Source: Mytilus edulis
Taxonomy: Eukaryota
Direction: 5' to 3'
Length of the DNA stretch: 64,000 nucleotides
NCBI RefSeq assembly: GCF_963676685.1
Contig: NC_092349.1
Location: forward strand, 2,046,001-2,110,000
Position 1 is the stretch's first letter. Each line of letters opens with the position of its first letter. The notes under the pieces are model-generated. The model saw only the letters and a list, made by a program, of their open reading frames with translations, was not told the DNA's origin and ran no database searches. This document shows, piece by piece, positions 36,473 to 51,560 of this stretch. A program made the position numbers and the translations under genes.

Positions 36473-39400
36473 GTTAGGCTATTGCTATCAGTTCGGGCGA
36501 AGACTCCAAACAGACAACATGCATGTTTAATAACGCAACTGTGTATTTTCTAATTAAATGAAAAAAGTTGCCGTTCCGGTACATGAATAGATCGGTTAGA
36601 AAGCAAGGTTTAAATTTTAATTATTTTGGAAAGCTTAATTTGAGGGTTGAAATCGGAGAGCACGTAAAAAGGGGGACGGGTTTTTCAACAGGGAATATTT
36701 GTTTCTAATGAACTCTACATTCGGAGGGTTATTTTTTTTTAATTTGATTAAAAATGGGAAAAACAAATGTAAGGTAAATTGTGAACGGTCTTTTTTCCTT
36801 TCTCCCGAGGGGAAATTAGCTTATAAATCTGGTTTACTGTCAAACCCGAGCACATGTCTTTCTGTTGTGTCTGTCATTAGGTGGCTGTATTATTGACGTT
36901 TTCCCATAATTTCTGATTGAAGCACAATGCACACGTACAAATTGTTTTAGAACATGACATTAAAGTTTTATGTCATGCATAATAAAGTAAAGAAAAGCAA
37001 AAAAGAGACTCAAAGAACTAAATACAAAAAGACCAAATGATCTGATTTTCTGTACCTGTAATTTCTTAACTGAAAAAAATGTTTTCACTGGGAATGCTCG
37101 AGCTGAAACCTACACTTTTCAGTTTGGCAAGGGCAATACTCTGTTTTTAATTTTGTAATTTTTGCGCATTGATCGTTAAAGACCCTGTCAGTGGTTCAAG
37201 GTATTGCTTGCCAAAGACAAGTCTACTAAGTTAACGAATGGTGCATTCGAATAGGGACTGCTGCATTCCTTCTCAGAAATTTTGCAATCTTTCGACATAG
37301 AAAACACCCTTTTCTGTTTAAAATAGATATTTTACATTATAAGGTGTCGACTGTAAGTTAGTAATGGAACTTGAACAACTTTGAAAAGTTAAATTTGTTA
37401 TATTACAGATAATAAAAGTTTATAAATGTTATGAGATTTAAACAAAAGGTTGCCACATATGATACCATATGATGGACACACTAACCTTGAAAGTTAGTCC
37501 CCTTCTATATGTTGCCTTATCATTGGAAATCTTAAATATCTTCTCATGATTTAATGCTTTCCCCTAAAATATCCGACAAAATTTTTAAATAGTTTTTTTT
37601 AAATTATCCTTTTCTTCTAGTTATTCAAAATTATTAGAGGTTAAGCTTTTTCATGTCCAGTGGCACATATTACACTGTTATCCGAAATAATCGTTGTACG
37701 ATGCTGGAAAATTACTATTGTCAGATTAAATTTCAAATAAATGGATTCGTGTTTAACAAAACTAAGATCGATCTGTGTGTGAAACGTCTAAGATGTACAA
37801 TGATTGATGTAGTCATTGTTGGTCTTTAAGCCACATTCCTCATTATTTGCTATGTCATAGCGCCCAGCTTTTTTTCACTGTAGAAAATTGGAACGGCCGG
37901 AGAGAACCACTGACCTTCGGCAAGAAAATTGTCAATCCTAGTCAATTAAGATTGGAGTCGAACCAAGCTACCACGTGTTGGGTTCCAACTCTGAAATAAT
38001 CAATGAAGCAGTACATTTTACTAATAAAAAAACTTGTTTCTCACTTTATCCAGTTTGATTTGATATATAGTTTTGTTTTCTATTATTCAAATTGAAGAAA
38101 TCAAGACGTTTTTAAAACGAAATGAAGAAAAAAGGTAGCCGAGTGCATAGTTCTTTCAAACATATTCTTTTATCGCTGGGATGCTGTCTCGTCATGCCAA
38201 GAAATTGCCTCCGTTGACATCTTGCAAACATCCCATAGAGCAAATTACATGGATGATTAATGTTGACATTTGGTATATGATCGTGTTCTAAGCGACACAT
38301 ACATGCAGGTCATCAATTAATTTGTTGAATGAAATCAAATCTTTAACTACTAATAGGTGCCGTTGGAGGTCAACCGCAATTTTTTAGAGAGGATTTCTTG
38401 GCATGTAACAGATTGAAAATTCAGAGTAAAAAATTATAAAACAGACAAGGGGCAGTGGCAAATATTTCATGTATATCATAAACACAGAGAAGGTTACCCC
38501 GTCACCCTTTGCCAAAAAAAAAAACTCCTTCCTTTTTTCCATGTGACTTCGGACTTTATGTTTTGAATTGTAATTTCACTTTCCATATTCGGTATTCATT
38601 CTAATGTAAGCTCCACGTGGCAAATATCACGTGGTGCATGAATATTGTATCTTGGAGTTAGGCTATGTCTTTCAGTTCGGGTGGGGACTCCAGGCAGACA
38701 ACATACATGTTTTATAACGCAACTGTATATTGTCTAATTAAATGAAGCAAGTTTCCGGTCCGGTACATGAATAGATCGGTTAGAAAGCAGGGTTTTATTT
38801 TTAATTTGATTGGAAAGCTTAATTTTAGGGTTGAAATCGGAGAGCACGAAAAAAGGGGGACGGGATCTTCCACAGGGAATATTTGTATCTAATGAACTCT
38901 ACATTTGAAAGGTTATTTTTTTTTTAATTTGAATAAAAATGGGAAAAACAAATGTAAGGCAAAGTGTGAATGGTCTTTCTTCCTTTCTCCCGTGGGGAAA
39001 TTAGCTTATATCTGGTTTACCGTGAAACCCGAGCACAGGTCGTTCTGTTGTTTCTGTCATTAGATGGCTGTATTATTGACGTCTACCCCATAATTTCAGA
39101 TTGAAGCACAATAAACACGTTCAAATGGTTGTAGAACATTAAGTTAAAGTTTTATGTCATGCATAATAAAGTAAAGAAAAGCAAAAACGAGACTCGAAGA
39201 ACTAAATAGAAAAAGACGAAATGATCTGATTTTCTGTACCTCTAATTTTTTAACTGAAAAAAAAATGTCTTCACTGGGAACGCTCGAGTTGAAACCTACA
39301 CTTTTTTAGGTTGGCAGGGGCAATACTCTGTTTTTAATTTTGTAATTTTTGCGCATTGGATCGTTAAAGACCCTGTCAGTGGTTCAAGGAATTGCTTGTC

Positions 39401-41080
39401 AAAGGCATGTCTACTAAGTTAACGAATGCTGCATTCGAATTGGGACCGCTGCATTCCTTCTCAGAAATTTTGCAATACTTTGACATAGAAAACACCCTTT
39501 TCTGTTTAAAAAAGATATTTTACATTATAAGGCGTCGACTTTAATTTAGTAGTGGAACTTGAATAACTTTGAAAAGTTAAATATGTTATAAAATTTAAAC
39601 AAAATTTTGCTACATATGATACCAAATGATGGACACACCGACCTTAAAAGTTAGTCCCCTTCTACATGTTGTCTTATCATTGACAATCTTAAATATCTTC
39701 TTAAATGACATGACTTATTGCTTTACCCTAAAATATCCAAAAAATGTTTTTAAAAATAGTTCTCTTTTAAAATTATCCTATTAGTCTTCTAGTAATTCAA
39801 AATTAATGCAGGTTAAGCTTTTTCATGTTCAGTGGCACATATTACATTGTTATCCGAAATAATCGTGTTAACAAAACTAAGATCGATCTGTGTGTGAAAC
39901 GTCTAAGATATACAATGATTGATGTATTTATTGTTGATCTTTAATGCCACTTTCATCATTATTTGCTATGTCATGGCGCCCAGCATTTATTTTAATGTAG
40001 AAGCTGGAACGCCCGGAGAGAACCACTGACCTTCGGCAAGGAAACTGTCAATCCTAGTCAATTAAGATTGGAGTCGAACCAAGCTATCACGTGTTGATTT
40101 CCAACTCTGAAATAATCAATGAAGCAGTAATTTTTTACTAATAAAATAAACTTTATCCAATTTAATTTGATTGATAGTTTTGTTTTTCTATTATTCAAAT
40201 TGAAGAAACCAAGACTTTTTAAAAACGAAGATGAAAATGAAGAAATAAAGGTAGCCCAGTGCATAGTTATTTCAAACATATTCTTTTATCGCTTGGATGC
40301 TGTCTCGTCATGCCAAGACATAGCCTCCGTTGAAATCTTGCAAACATCCCATAGAGCAATTTCCATGGATGATTAATGTTGACCATTTGGTATATGGTCG
40401 TGTTCTAAGCGACACGTACATGCAGGTCATAAATTAATTTGTTGAATGAAATCAAATCTTTAACTACTAATAAGTGCCGTTGGAGGTCAACTGGAATTTG
40501 TAACAAGGATTTCCTGGCATGGTAGTAACTTTTTAAGAAATTTTAACATTAACTGGAACAATAAGCAGTAAAAATAGATCATTCATTTGCAAATAACGAC
40601 CAAAAATATATTTGTCTGAACATTCCACGTATGAAAATCAGTAGAAGTTAAAGCTGTCACAGAGAGGTAATAAATTGATTAAAACTAGAGCAGGTGGGTA
40701 TGTTGCATGTGTTGTATAGGGGCAAAGTTTTACTTTAAAACAGGCTAGGTTGTCATGCACTTAATTTCGAGCAAAAAAAAAAAACAGAATTTCTAGGCGG
40801 AACTGCGTATTTTATAAAATGCAAAAGAACACAAAGTCCGGAAAATAACAATTTAGTTTGCATATGTAATAAACATGATAAACACAGATTTGCCTTAGTT
40901 ATATTTCTGCCCAGAGCAAGTAACCGGCCTGCACAGGTACCACCATTTGCATATTGAAATTCAACAAGATTTGATTAACCAATCGTTCGTTAGTAATAAC
41001 ACAAACGTTAGAAGATAATGTTAAAAAGCATAATTCAACGGAAATCTTTTGATGCAAGAACTAATCAAAGACATTAACAT

Positions 41081-41676
41081 TGTTATGATATTGTAATTAT
41101 TGTATTTATTTATGTTGGCCTGATTTGTGTTGTGTGGCCTGATAGTTGTTTGCAGAATAATCTTAGAACTGTGCAGTTTAGAAATCACTGGAACAATAAC
41201 AGAATGATTGGAACTTTCCAGAATGATACTAATAAAAGATGCGTTATATAAACTTCTACATTTTACTAGAAACTTCAGTTGTAACTTTCTTGGATGTTCC
41301 AGTATAGACTGTTCTAGAATTTTCCTGACAACTATATATATATACAGGCACTCAAGTTAAACTCTCAGCTAACACTTAGACTTAGACATCGATATACATT
41401 AGTATTCACAGCATTTGGATTGACACTTTTATTCTACAAACAACATCATACTGGATTGTGACCGTAGTAGTGAACGTAATATTCAGATTGGATTCCGAAA
41501 GATATCCGGATACAGATAAAGATAAAGATTGGACTCATATTTTGACAGTTAAGTTGACAGTAATATTGGTGTAATACTTCTTCTTGTTAACTTTTGTATA
41601 ATAAATATTGTTAAATTTTACTATTGATTTGTGTCTTTTGTTGGCTACAATTTAAAGGTAATTTCTGGCCGTAACA
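41081..41676 (+). mobile_element. Solo LTR (596 bp, probably Gypsy-like)
   Basis: TGTTA...TAACA termini; 4-bp TSD ACAT (41077-41080, 41677-41680); TATA tract at ~41333; AATAAA at 41600. Confidence 0.85.
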
Positions 41677-42151
41677 ACATTGTCAATCAAGAAAAGTGCT
41701 TCGGACGCATAAAATCTAAAACGTGATGTTTTCATTTTTAAACAATTAACTAGCATTTTTCATGATTGATTAATTAGCTGCTATTTGCAACAAATTTTGG
41801 AACTTGGGGTCCTCACTGCTTGTCAACATCGTACTTTATTCGGCTCTTGCAACTTTGTAGATTCGATCGTCACAGGTGAATCTTTTGTAGACGAAATACG
41901 CGTCCTGGTACCAATGATGTCTCAATTCCTTATACCATTATAACAAATTTAACTACCTGCTGATAGTCATTATTTGTTTCTTTGTTTTATTTAACAACAA
42001 CAAATGGTTAGGTATACAAATAGGTCAAACAAATTGTGAATGTTAAACGAAAAAACAAAAACAAACCAAAACTCCTTTCTTTCCCCTTAAATATAGTTCA
42101 GTGTACAACAAAGCATTTAGCTTTTTGTTATCATTGTTAAAACTTTGCTCT

Positions 42152-45100
42152 TTAATTTTTCTGTTGTCTGTTGACGCTTTGATTTACTTGCTGTTCTGAT
42201 CCAGGCTGCATATGCCATGGTTGCTGACTTGAGTTAGCATTTGACATTCCGCTATGTTGTTGACTTTCAGGTTCATGCAACACTTGACCAGGAAACTTCC
42301 ATGGCATCATTTGTCCTTGCGAATTTGTCATATAATATTGCTGCTGGTATCCTTGTGGGTATAATACTCCGTGTTGATTAACATTTGGTCCTTGTAAATG
42401 TGTGACGGTATGGATTACGCGTTCTTGTACTGGGTTAAATATTACCACAGTTTGCTGCAAAAAAGTTTCTTTAATGAATTTCCCGAATTTGTATTACAGT
42501 ACATGAAGGTTAGAATTGTGTTACAAAACAATGTAGAGGTATATCCTGCCAAATTGACTTTAACTATTTAGCTAATACTGAAAATGAACACTGCCCTTTC
42601 CTGGATCTTGATATCTATATCTTTAACGGGAAGCTTAATACCATAATTTATGATAAAAGAGATGATTTTTCATTTCCTATTGTTAATTATCCATTTTTAG
42701 ATGGTGACGTTCCTTGTCACCATCTTATGATGTTTATATATCTGAACCTGTTCTTTGGCTCGTATATGTAACAACGTATTTGATTTCAACAAATGAAATC
42801 TCTGTATTACTGATAAATTTTACACCAGGGTTTTCGCTATGATTAACTGGTCCAAACATTTACTGAGTTATATCATCAGTACAAAGACATCATTCGTAAC
42901 TATAAATAAACATGCATATATCTTATACGTTCCGGTATTTTACATTCAATATTGCATGGTAATATTCTTTATAAAGCACAAAATGTCAGCACTCACCTCA
43001 AAAGCTAACCAAACTTTTATTCGGAAGGGACATAGTTACGATACTGTTGTTAGGTCATTCAGGATATTATGACTTATTGAATGACATATTTAAGGAAGCT
43101 TGCGTTATTATGTCTTTTTATTGAGTCAAGCCATTTCAATTTATATCTTATTGTGTGCCTTTCTATGTTGTGATGTTACACAATTGTTTCAGAGAAGGAT
43201 GAATGTTTTCCTATTAATAAGTTTAAATCCGCAGCATTTGTTTGCACCTGTCCTAAATCAGGAAACTGATGTTCAGTAAATGTCGTTTGTTGATGTGGTT
43301 CATGAGTGTTTTCGTATCTTGTTTTTTTTTATAGATTAGGCCGTTGGTTTTCCGGTTAATGGTTATACACTTGTCATTTTGGAATCCTTTATAGCTGATG
43401 TTCGGGGTGAGCCAATGCTCCGTGTCGAATACCCTATTTTCACCTATAATGGTTAACTTTTACAAATTGTGACTTGGATGGAGAGTTGTTTCATTGGCAC
43501 TCATACCAAATCTTCTTATAGTTACTAGTATTTTATATCTGGAGCTTTTACATGTTATATGAAATTGAGGTATAAGAGAAATAAAACTTCACTGACTTGA
43601 TTGTTTGGTAACATTTGTGAGCAGCAACAACAATAGGTGGCCGAAGTAATGGCTACTATCATTTCAATAGCAGCACATGTGTCGATGATTGCTGAAACTG
43701 CTACTATATATCCATTGTCTCCCACCTAAAGGAACAAACACAAACTACACTGAAATTAAGTATGTAAAAGAAACAGGCAATACGGAAAGAGGAAAACTAG
43801 ATTTCACGCGTTGTAGCTGAAGCATACAGACACTAGTAATTCAAGATATCGTGAAACAAGAATTATATGAATGACAGATCGGATGACTGCTAACACACTT
43901 TAGCTTATCATTTAACACATTGCAACAAATCAATTTGAAAGTATTTCCAATGCCGCTGTCTTCAAGATCTGAACAGTGTTTATTCGTTGCAGACCATCAC
44001 TGTTAACTACAGGAAAATATGAAGTAATTATTTGCACATGTTGCAGTGGTTTTTGTAGTGTTTGTTAGAAAAATGGACGAACACAATGACGTCATTGTTG
44101 TGGTATGGGATACTGTGGATAATTAACCATGAAAATCCAAACTTTATCTGCCTTTATGTGTACTAAAAATACCAATTTGGAGGTTTGAATTAAATTTACT
44201 GTTGTTTATATCATTTAATGAATTAGTAAAAGTTATTGTGTTATTGTGGTTAAAATAAATTTGCAAATGTTTTTAATCATTCCCATATAAACAATCCTTC
44301 AGTGGCATAACGATGTATCTTCATTTATTCCATTTGATCCTCTCCTGCTTGCCACGTGATCAAGATAGTCGTCATACAGGCTATTAAGTTTTCCCGATGT
44401 AAAACCATAGTTCAAAAACAAAAGTAGACTATCTGCAATTAAATTTGTTTGTGGGTATCGTGTTGCTTAGACTTTAGTTTTCTATTATGTGTTTAGTGAA
44501 CTATTGTTTGTCTGTTTGTCTTTTTCCTTTTTAGTCAAGTGGTTGTCTTTTATTTTCAAATTATTATTTTAAATGTCGCTCTGGTATCTACCGCTTCTAA
44601 CATTTGCTTAGAAAAGTATCGAATATAATCGGTCCAATGTATCGTCGTTATGTGTAGTGGTAAGTGAACACGTTTTTTGTGGTGGTGGTGGTTGTGGGGG
44701 GGGGGGGGGTTGTTTTCATTGAATTAGCGATCATTGTTAATGTTTGCAAAACAGTCAGCATTCAATGTACTTGAACAAAACTCACTGAATACCGTTTAGC
44801 GGGTTATTCTCGCGGATAGAACAAAATCGCCAAAATAAATTCCGCCAATTTAAAACAGTTCATGCAAAGGTATTGATAACAGTTTTGAATCCGCCAAAAT
44901 AATTATCACCAAAATATTCCGTATACCTTATTCAATGAAAATCGCGAAATTTTACAACCGCGAAAATAACCCACTGTACGGCTTATGTATTAACATTACG
45001 TTACTTACATCGACAATAAACACACTGAGAAGTCCAATACTCAACATCGCTGGACAAAATACTACTGCGGAAATAATACTTAACACCAAGAACGTTATTT

Positions 45101-45821
45101 TCTAGAAAATAGAAAAATCTTGTCTAGGTAGTAAGAAGTTCATCGCATATATTTCGTATGCCAATGTAGATCAATTCAACACATCTACATTCAATACCAC
45201 TAACTTGATTGTTTGCGAAGTGTTTTGAAATAAAAATAAATTAGTTGAAAATGATTTTTTTCTGAATTAGGTCCTTAAAGTATTAACGGAGGTTTATTGA
45301 CTCGAAAATCTTGACGGAATGTTAAGAAAGCTTTTCATGATCATTGATAAAGTTCTTATCTGGCGATAAATGACCCTGGAGTTATTCACTTGTAGAACCA
45401 CAATGACATTCCCGTTATTCTCAAAGTCCATCTGCAAGGTGTCCATATTCAACTACAAATAGACGTTCAACTCAAACTGTAGACATTTTCAGGAAGGTTG
45501 ACAATAAAGTAATGCAATTGAACAGAGTACCATTAAACGTTATTTCCTATAACCTATATGACTATATGTAATAATAACATAACACTGGTATTTATTCAAT
45601 TTTTGAAAAAAAAACATGTAAAAGTGTAATGGTTGCTCCTTGACTAATTGAGCCGACATGTTATGTTAAAAAAGATACGCGAAGAAACATACCAATGTTA
45701 ACAATATTTTAAAAGTGTCAGCATGTGCTCTAAATTTAAGACACTCTATATTTACCAAACATTTCCATCTGAGTTTCTGGGAATCTGTCATACAAAGTGG
45801 AAATATCCCAGTTAACAAATA
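42152..45821 (-). CDS. MS4A/CD20-like membrane protein, last four exons (5' end unresolved)
   Basis: Phase-0 GT-AG exons 45821-45756 (YLLTGIFPLCMTDSQKLRWKCL), 45101-45009 (KITFLVLSIISAVVFCPAMLSIGLLSVFIVD), 43725-43597 (VGDNG..IEMIVAITSATYCCCCS..NQ), 42454-42152 (Gln/Pro-rich tail) join in frame; candidate ATG exon at 46956/46949 and UTR donor at 47936. Confidence 0.8.
42535..43520 (+). mobile_element. Decayed Penelope-like RT 3' fragment in an MS4A intron
   Basis: HCPFLDLDIYIFNGKLNTIIYDKRDDFSFPIVNYPFLDGDVP, nearly the same as 55427-55711; frameshifted. Confidence 0.8.
44792..44981. mobile_element. MITE
   Basis: Imperfect TIR ccgtttagcgggttattctcgcgg / ccgcgaaaataacccactgtacgg. Confidence 0.65.
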
Positions 45822-48800
45822 CTGAAAAATATCACGATTTATGTGCTTCATTATGCATGTAGATATAAGAGTTGATCATAAACCGACATGTAGTGCATAT
45901 AGTGGGACAGTTTAATTCGTTTGTAATTATACTTTATTGTCTACGTTGGGTTTCCGTTGTGTCGTTTGTTTTCTTTTATTTTTGTGTGTGAATTGACATT
46001 ACTATAAGACGTGTCACGGTACTTATCTATCCCAAATTCATGTATTTGGTTTTGATGCTATATTTGTTATTCTCAAAGGATTTTGTCTAATGCTTCGTCC
46101 GTTTCTGTGTGTGTGTGTGTGTGTTACATTTTAATGTTGTGTCGTTGTTCTCTTATATTTCCCTCAGTTTTAGTTTGTTACCCCGATTTTGTTTTTTGTC
46201 AATGGATTTATGAGTTTTGAACAGCGGCATACTACTGTTACCACTGTTTGAGATTTGGCGGTTTTCAATAGGGGTTAAAATTCCTACGGTTTTGTCTGTT
46301 CAATGGCGGAATTATGGATTTCAGTGGCTATCTTTGGTTGTAGTCTAACATATTTGGTATTTACTTAAATGTTGTAAGCCGTCTTTCATTATTGCTTGGC
46401 ATATAGTTATGACGATGTATTTTATAGGTTACTAACGGGTGTGGACATATCTATTTTAAAGGTGTTACAATACCCTGTTATTGTCGACATCATTATCATT
46501 TGGTATGTTGCAATCATAGCACGTCTCCTTTCGTAATACTTTTATCGATGTTGAGTATGCTAACCATCAGCTACAGTTGGAGCGGAGCCATTGTATTTAA
46601 ATTAGGTGAAATTGCGATCACGTTTGATAGGGAATAATTATCATGTTTAATGTTGCTCCTTTTAAAATTTCGTTGTCTTCTATAAAATCAAGGCAACAAC
46701 TTCATAAATACAAACAGCGCAACATATGCTTTTAAAGAATTTGTATATCCGGATGTAAGTTTGAGATCATGTATACAATTGTACTGTTTCTATCTATTCA
46801 TTTTTGATTGAACATGATGAAGCAAAACAAAAATAAAAAACATAAAAAACATAGTTTTTGTTGTTTATATGATAAACTTTTCGGTTAGCAGCTTTCTTTC
46901 TTGTAAGTTGCATCGTTGAAGTAGAATCAGTTTGCTCATTTGGATTCATATTTACTCTACAGATGATATGAAAAGTATATAAATATTTGCTTTGCTCATT
47001 GTTGAAGGCCTTACGGCTAACTATAATTGTTTATTCTGTGTCATTTTGGTCTCATGTCGAGAGTTGTCTCATTGGAAATCATACAACGTTTTTTGATATG
47101 TAGCAACATTCTTAACGTTTTAAGAAAACGCGAGTCAGGAGCACACAATTCTAAGATGACATTTTTGACTACTCTTGTTTAAATTTATCATACATAAACA
47201 TATGGTCTATCGATTGTTGTCCATAGTATCTACTACCTATAGAGATATATTAAAGAATGTTGTTCCGAACATTGGTTGTCAATGCATCTGTATTTCGAAA
47301 ATTCTACTTTGATGTTAGTAAAATTAAATATAGAAAGGCACAATCACTAAACAATAATATTCATCCTTCAATTTGTATTATATTTTCGATACTTCAGCAG
47401 CGACATCAGCGAAAAACTGTAGCTTGCAATAAGTGGTTGTGATTGGATTCGGTCAAAACAAGTATTTAGTATTCAAACTAACACTCAAATTAACATGCTT
47501 GTCTCACTTATTTTGATTCAAAACGTATTCAACATTACCATTTGTTTATTTATATATAAAATAATATATTTGGTAGAATTATTCATTACATTTTAAATAT
47601 TTTATCCAATGTATCAAATGAAATGATGACCTGAGCGACCATTACATATGCTTTAAAAATTGGATTCGTCCGTGCTGGTCCATTCGACTGACGTGTTTTA
47701 GCTTTTGATTTTGACCTTTAATTAGGGAATTTTTCGCGGAGTTCGGCTTTTTTTAAACTTTAACCTTTTTCATTGTTTTATTGTTTTTGGCATCTTTGTA
47801 TTGTTTTATTCGAGCGCCCTTAATGAGTCCTGTATTGCCTTCACACTTGTAATTATTGTATCCATGATGAGTATAAACATATACTCAACTTTTTGATTTT
47901 TAATTGAAGTAAACATTAATTTCTATTTATGCTTACCTGATGACATAAACTGCATAAACAACTTTTCTTTTAATCATGTGAAGTCCAAAAGGAATAGTTT
48001 TTTCGTCAAGTTTGAATTATAAATATCTTCTGTTAATATGTATATTTAAAAATGCTTATATTCGAAGTCCAATGTGTGTGGCCAAAATCAAGAGTACTTT
48101 AAAAAAAAACTTTTCTTTTTCCCGCGAGTGTACACTAAGAGATATCCTTAGTTATTGATGAATATTTTAAATTTCAAATCGGCACAACTGTTTTTTTTTG
48201 TCAATTCCTCAAAAGCTGACACTGTATACTTATAGTTGAGGTTGATCAAACAATTTAGATAACGAACTATTATATATAATTGTACATTTACAAACACACA
48301 AGAAATTCAATTTGTTTATTAGACAATAAAGATTTTCATCTATGATCAGTTACAATATCAATTTAAGATTATCTATGTAGAAAATATGATGTTAAAGGAA
48401 TAAAGATGCATACTAGTTTAGGTTTGTTGGGATTTAAACTATGATTGTCTTTGTATTGAATTTCTATATGGCAGGTACAATTTGAAAAAAATGTAACTGT
48501 GTTTATAATCAAGTTGTTGTGATACATTAATATTGTCAAGGACAAGGAGTGTCAGAAATAATATAATAGCCCAATAGTCAGTACTTCATTGTTAACATTA
48601 AATAGCATTGCTATGGTTATTGAATTTTTGAAATATAAGGCTTTTCTACTCCAGGATAGATAAACTTAGCAGTATTTAGCAAAACCTTTAGAAATTTTAG
48701 GTCATTAATGTTATTAAACGTCGTACGTTTTTTTTGGCCATTTAACTTATTTTTTATTCGAGTGTCACTGATTAGTGTTTTGTAGACGCAAATACAAAAT

Positions 48801-50879
48801 TTCTATCCTGGTATTCATGATGTGTTTATTTGTAATTCTTTCAAACTATAAGTAGATTTTTTCAGTCAGTACATGCCATTGGTCAAACATATGCAAGATC
48901 CAAAATTGAACACAAAAAAACTGTACTGATTTCGTAAATGAAAAACCATACCATGTAAGCTTTGTCCTGGTTATGTTTCTTTTTCTAACAATTGCGACAT
49001 GACGTTCGTATAAACTATATAATGCATACTAAGGACTCAGTTATATTCGTTGGATACACATTCTTATGGATTTGGTGAATACAAGTGAATCATGAATCTA
49101 ACTATGCAACTAATCAGATATTTTTTAATTGGTTGTATGCAGACTTTTGAAGAAAAAAAACCCCACGAAATCAATTTTCTCACTTCACGAAAATTGATAC
49201 CGACGAAAATAATTGAATCCACAGTATATTACTACTGAAAAGCCGAGCCATGATAAATTGCAGTTTGCTTTACGGACAATGCTATTCTTATCTAATTTAT
49301 TTCCAAAAGAGTAGAAAATGTATTTATCAATGGTAAATAACCTTATATATACAAAAGATGGATATACGAAGGAGGCAAATTGTGGATTATCCTTTGAAAA
49401 ATATTGTTTTGGAAATAAATGCGATTTAACCTTATAATACGATATCTGTGGATATCTATAACAATTGTTTGACAAGCTGAAATACTAGGCGATCACGCAC
49501 GTGCACTACTTCAATGCAAAATCAGAATAGGAACGTTACCGATATTGTTTCAATTATCGATTGAAGATTGATAAAAATTGATAGAGAAATAGTTAAAGGG
49601 TCCACCTCTTAAATTGATAAGGTACATTTGTAACTTCTCTGTCACTCTTTATTGAAGTCTAGGCTGTCAAAGTATTATTGCTTTTTAATTTAGAAATAGT
49701 TTTATTATTTGGCAATTCTGCCCATTCACAGCGGGACCTCCTTCACGAATGTAAAGGGTATTCCCTATTTGGTTGTATATGTTGTCACTTATGCCCGGAT
49801 CCTCCATATGCAAAAAATAATGATGCATTCAGCAGCACAACTACTAATTATCAAGATGTAAAGTATGTCTCTTATTATTAATTTGACACATATTAGGTCA
49901 CAAGACAATTTGCCATTGACAAGATTTAGATTAGGATGCCGTATTTATCATAGATTTTGAATCTGTCATAGATCTGGAACCCACCATGGCTGTGAGTTAT
50001 ACATATATACAATCAAAATTTCTTTTTAGGGAAGATTGTTGGCAGACACCTTGTAGTAATTGGTTGTGGTCCTCGTATTAATCCTATAATACCAGCTGCC
50101 ATGTTTGTAAGATTTATTTTGCAGATTTAAGCCAGGTTGATTATTATCTGCAAAATCAATATCAAAAACAAACATTACTAGAACTATTCTTTTCAGATGT
50201 TTAGCTGTTTAATCAAACTTGAGAATTATTTTCAAAGGATTAAGCTAAATGTATCCAGCAATGATAAATCTCTTGTCCGTGTCATTATAATTATTTACAC
50301 ATTTTTTTTGCGTCTCTGAATGCAAGGCTGAACTTCTTAGGTCTATCAGCATAAGTAAATTAACTTACTGACTCATACTGAGCCAATCACATAAAATATT
50401 CCATTGACAACCTAATATTTGCCCTTTATTTGTTCTGTCCATCAAACTTCTAAGATGTTGACTGTTACCGATGTCAATGTCCCAATTTATAACATAAGAA
50501 ACTAGACTATATGTGTTTGAAGGACGAGCAACTGGAATCGGTGGTTTAATTTTTTAAAAAATATTATAGGATAAATTACTGTTCCTTTATTATCTAGGTT
50601 TTTTGTATGAAAGCCTTAATTTCAGATGAAAAAATGGAAAATGTGTACATTATGTAATACAAAGTAAAGTCTAGGCTCCATATCTTGTGCTCTCGAGGTC
50701 TGCATTCGATTGACATCTTTCGTACAAATAATAATGAAGACTATCGTGCCTACGTGTTTGATCAAAATTGTACTCTAGTTATTTGTTCTCAAGGAAGGAT
50801 TGCACGAATGTCAATTGTGCGAAATTATCTCCTATAAAAGAAAGGCAAAGGATAGCAGAGGGACATTCAAACTCTCATG

Positions 50880-51560
50880 ACGAAAATAACATAACAACGC
50901 TATACCTATAAAGTCACATTCGGGAAAAGGGAACTTGATTGTATTCACTAAATTAGGATCATATCATCTGTTACACGGGTACTCCATAGCTCGTGATAAA
51001 TCCTCAAAATTCACTAAGGGACGATTTCAACTTCACCCCTTGGACATTTTGGTTAATATCTTTCTTGTAAGCAGCAACCCTCTGTCAACAAAATGCATGA
51101 TAAAAAAAAGTAACCCTTGAAAATCGTTTCGACTTGGAAATATACACTCTGTGTGTAGGCGCTGCTGGAATGTTACTACATAGAAATTGAAAGTCCTTCA
51201 CTTCGAAGCGGAAATTATCTCTTTTGTCGTAAAGTTTCAACCGACCTTCATTGTCAATTATAGATTATAATAGATTAAGGCAATACAAGAGGCGATATTT
51301 TGTATCTACTTTTAATGGGATAGATGCATTAAACATAGTAACAAAACGATATGAAGCAAGAAAACATCATCTATATAGCAGATTGTAAAGTTAAAAAAAT
51401 CCAAAGAAAAAAATTATAAAGTCAGTCTCATATGAAGAAGTCGAGAAAAAAGAGACGCTCAGTTCCAACGGGAATGCAGATTGTTCGTTGAATAACACAT
51501 CTTCCAAACGTTACACGTATGTTGTGAGTGAAAGAATCAAACATCTTGATATTGTCAATT
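50880..51560 (-). mobile_element. Highly decayed Penelope-like RT fragment
   Basis: Minus-strand remnants IPVGT (~51465-51478) and IDNEGRLKLYDKRD (~51218-51260); boundaries approximate. Confidence 0.55.

Larger units (their letters stand above)
35420..40521. repeat. Tandem duplication of a ~2.1-kb unit, bounded by three copies of a ~213-bp TIR module
   Basis: Modules catgccaaga...ggcatg at 35420-35826, 38193-38405 and 40309-40521; spacers 35827-38192 and 38406-40308 are colinear. Confidence 0.9.
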
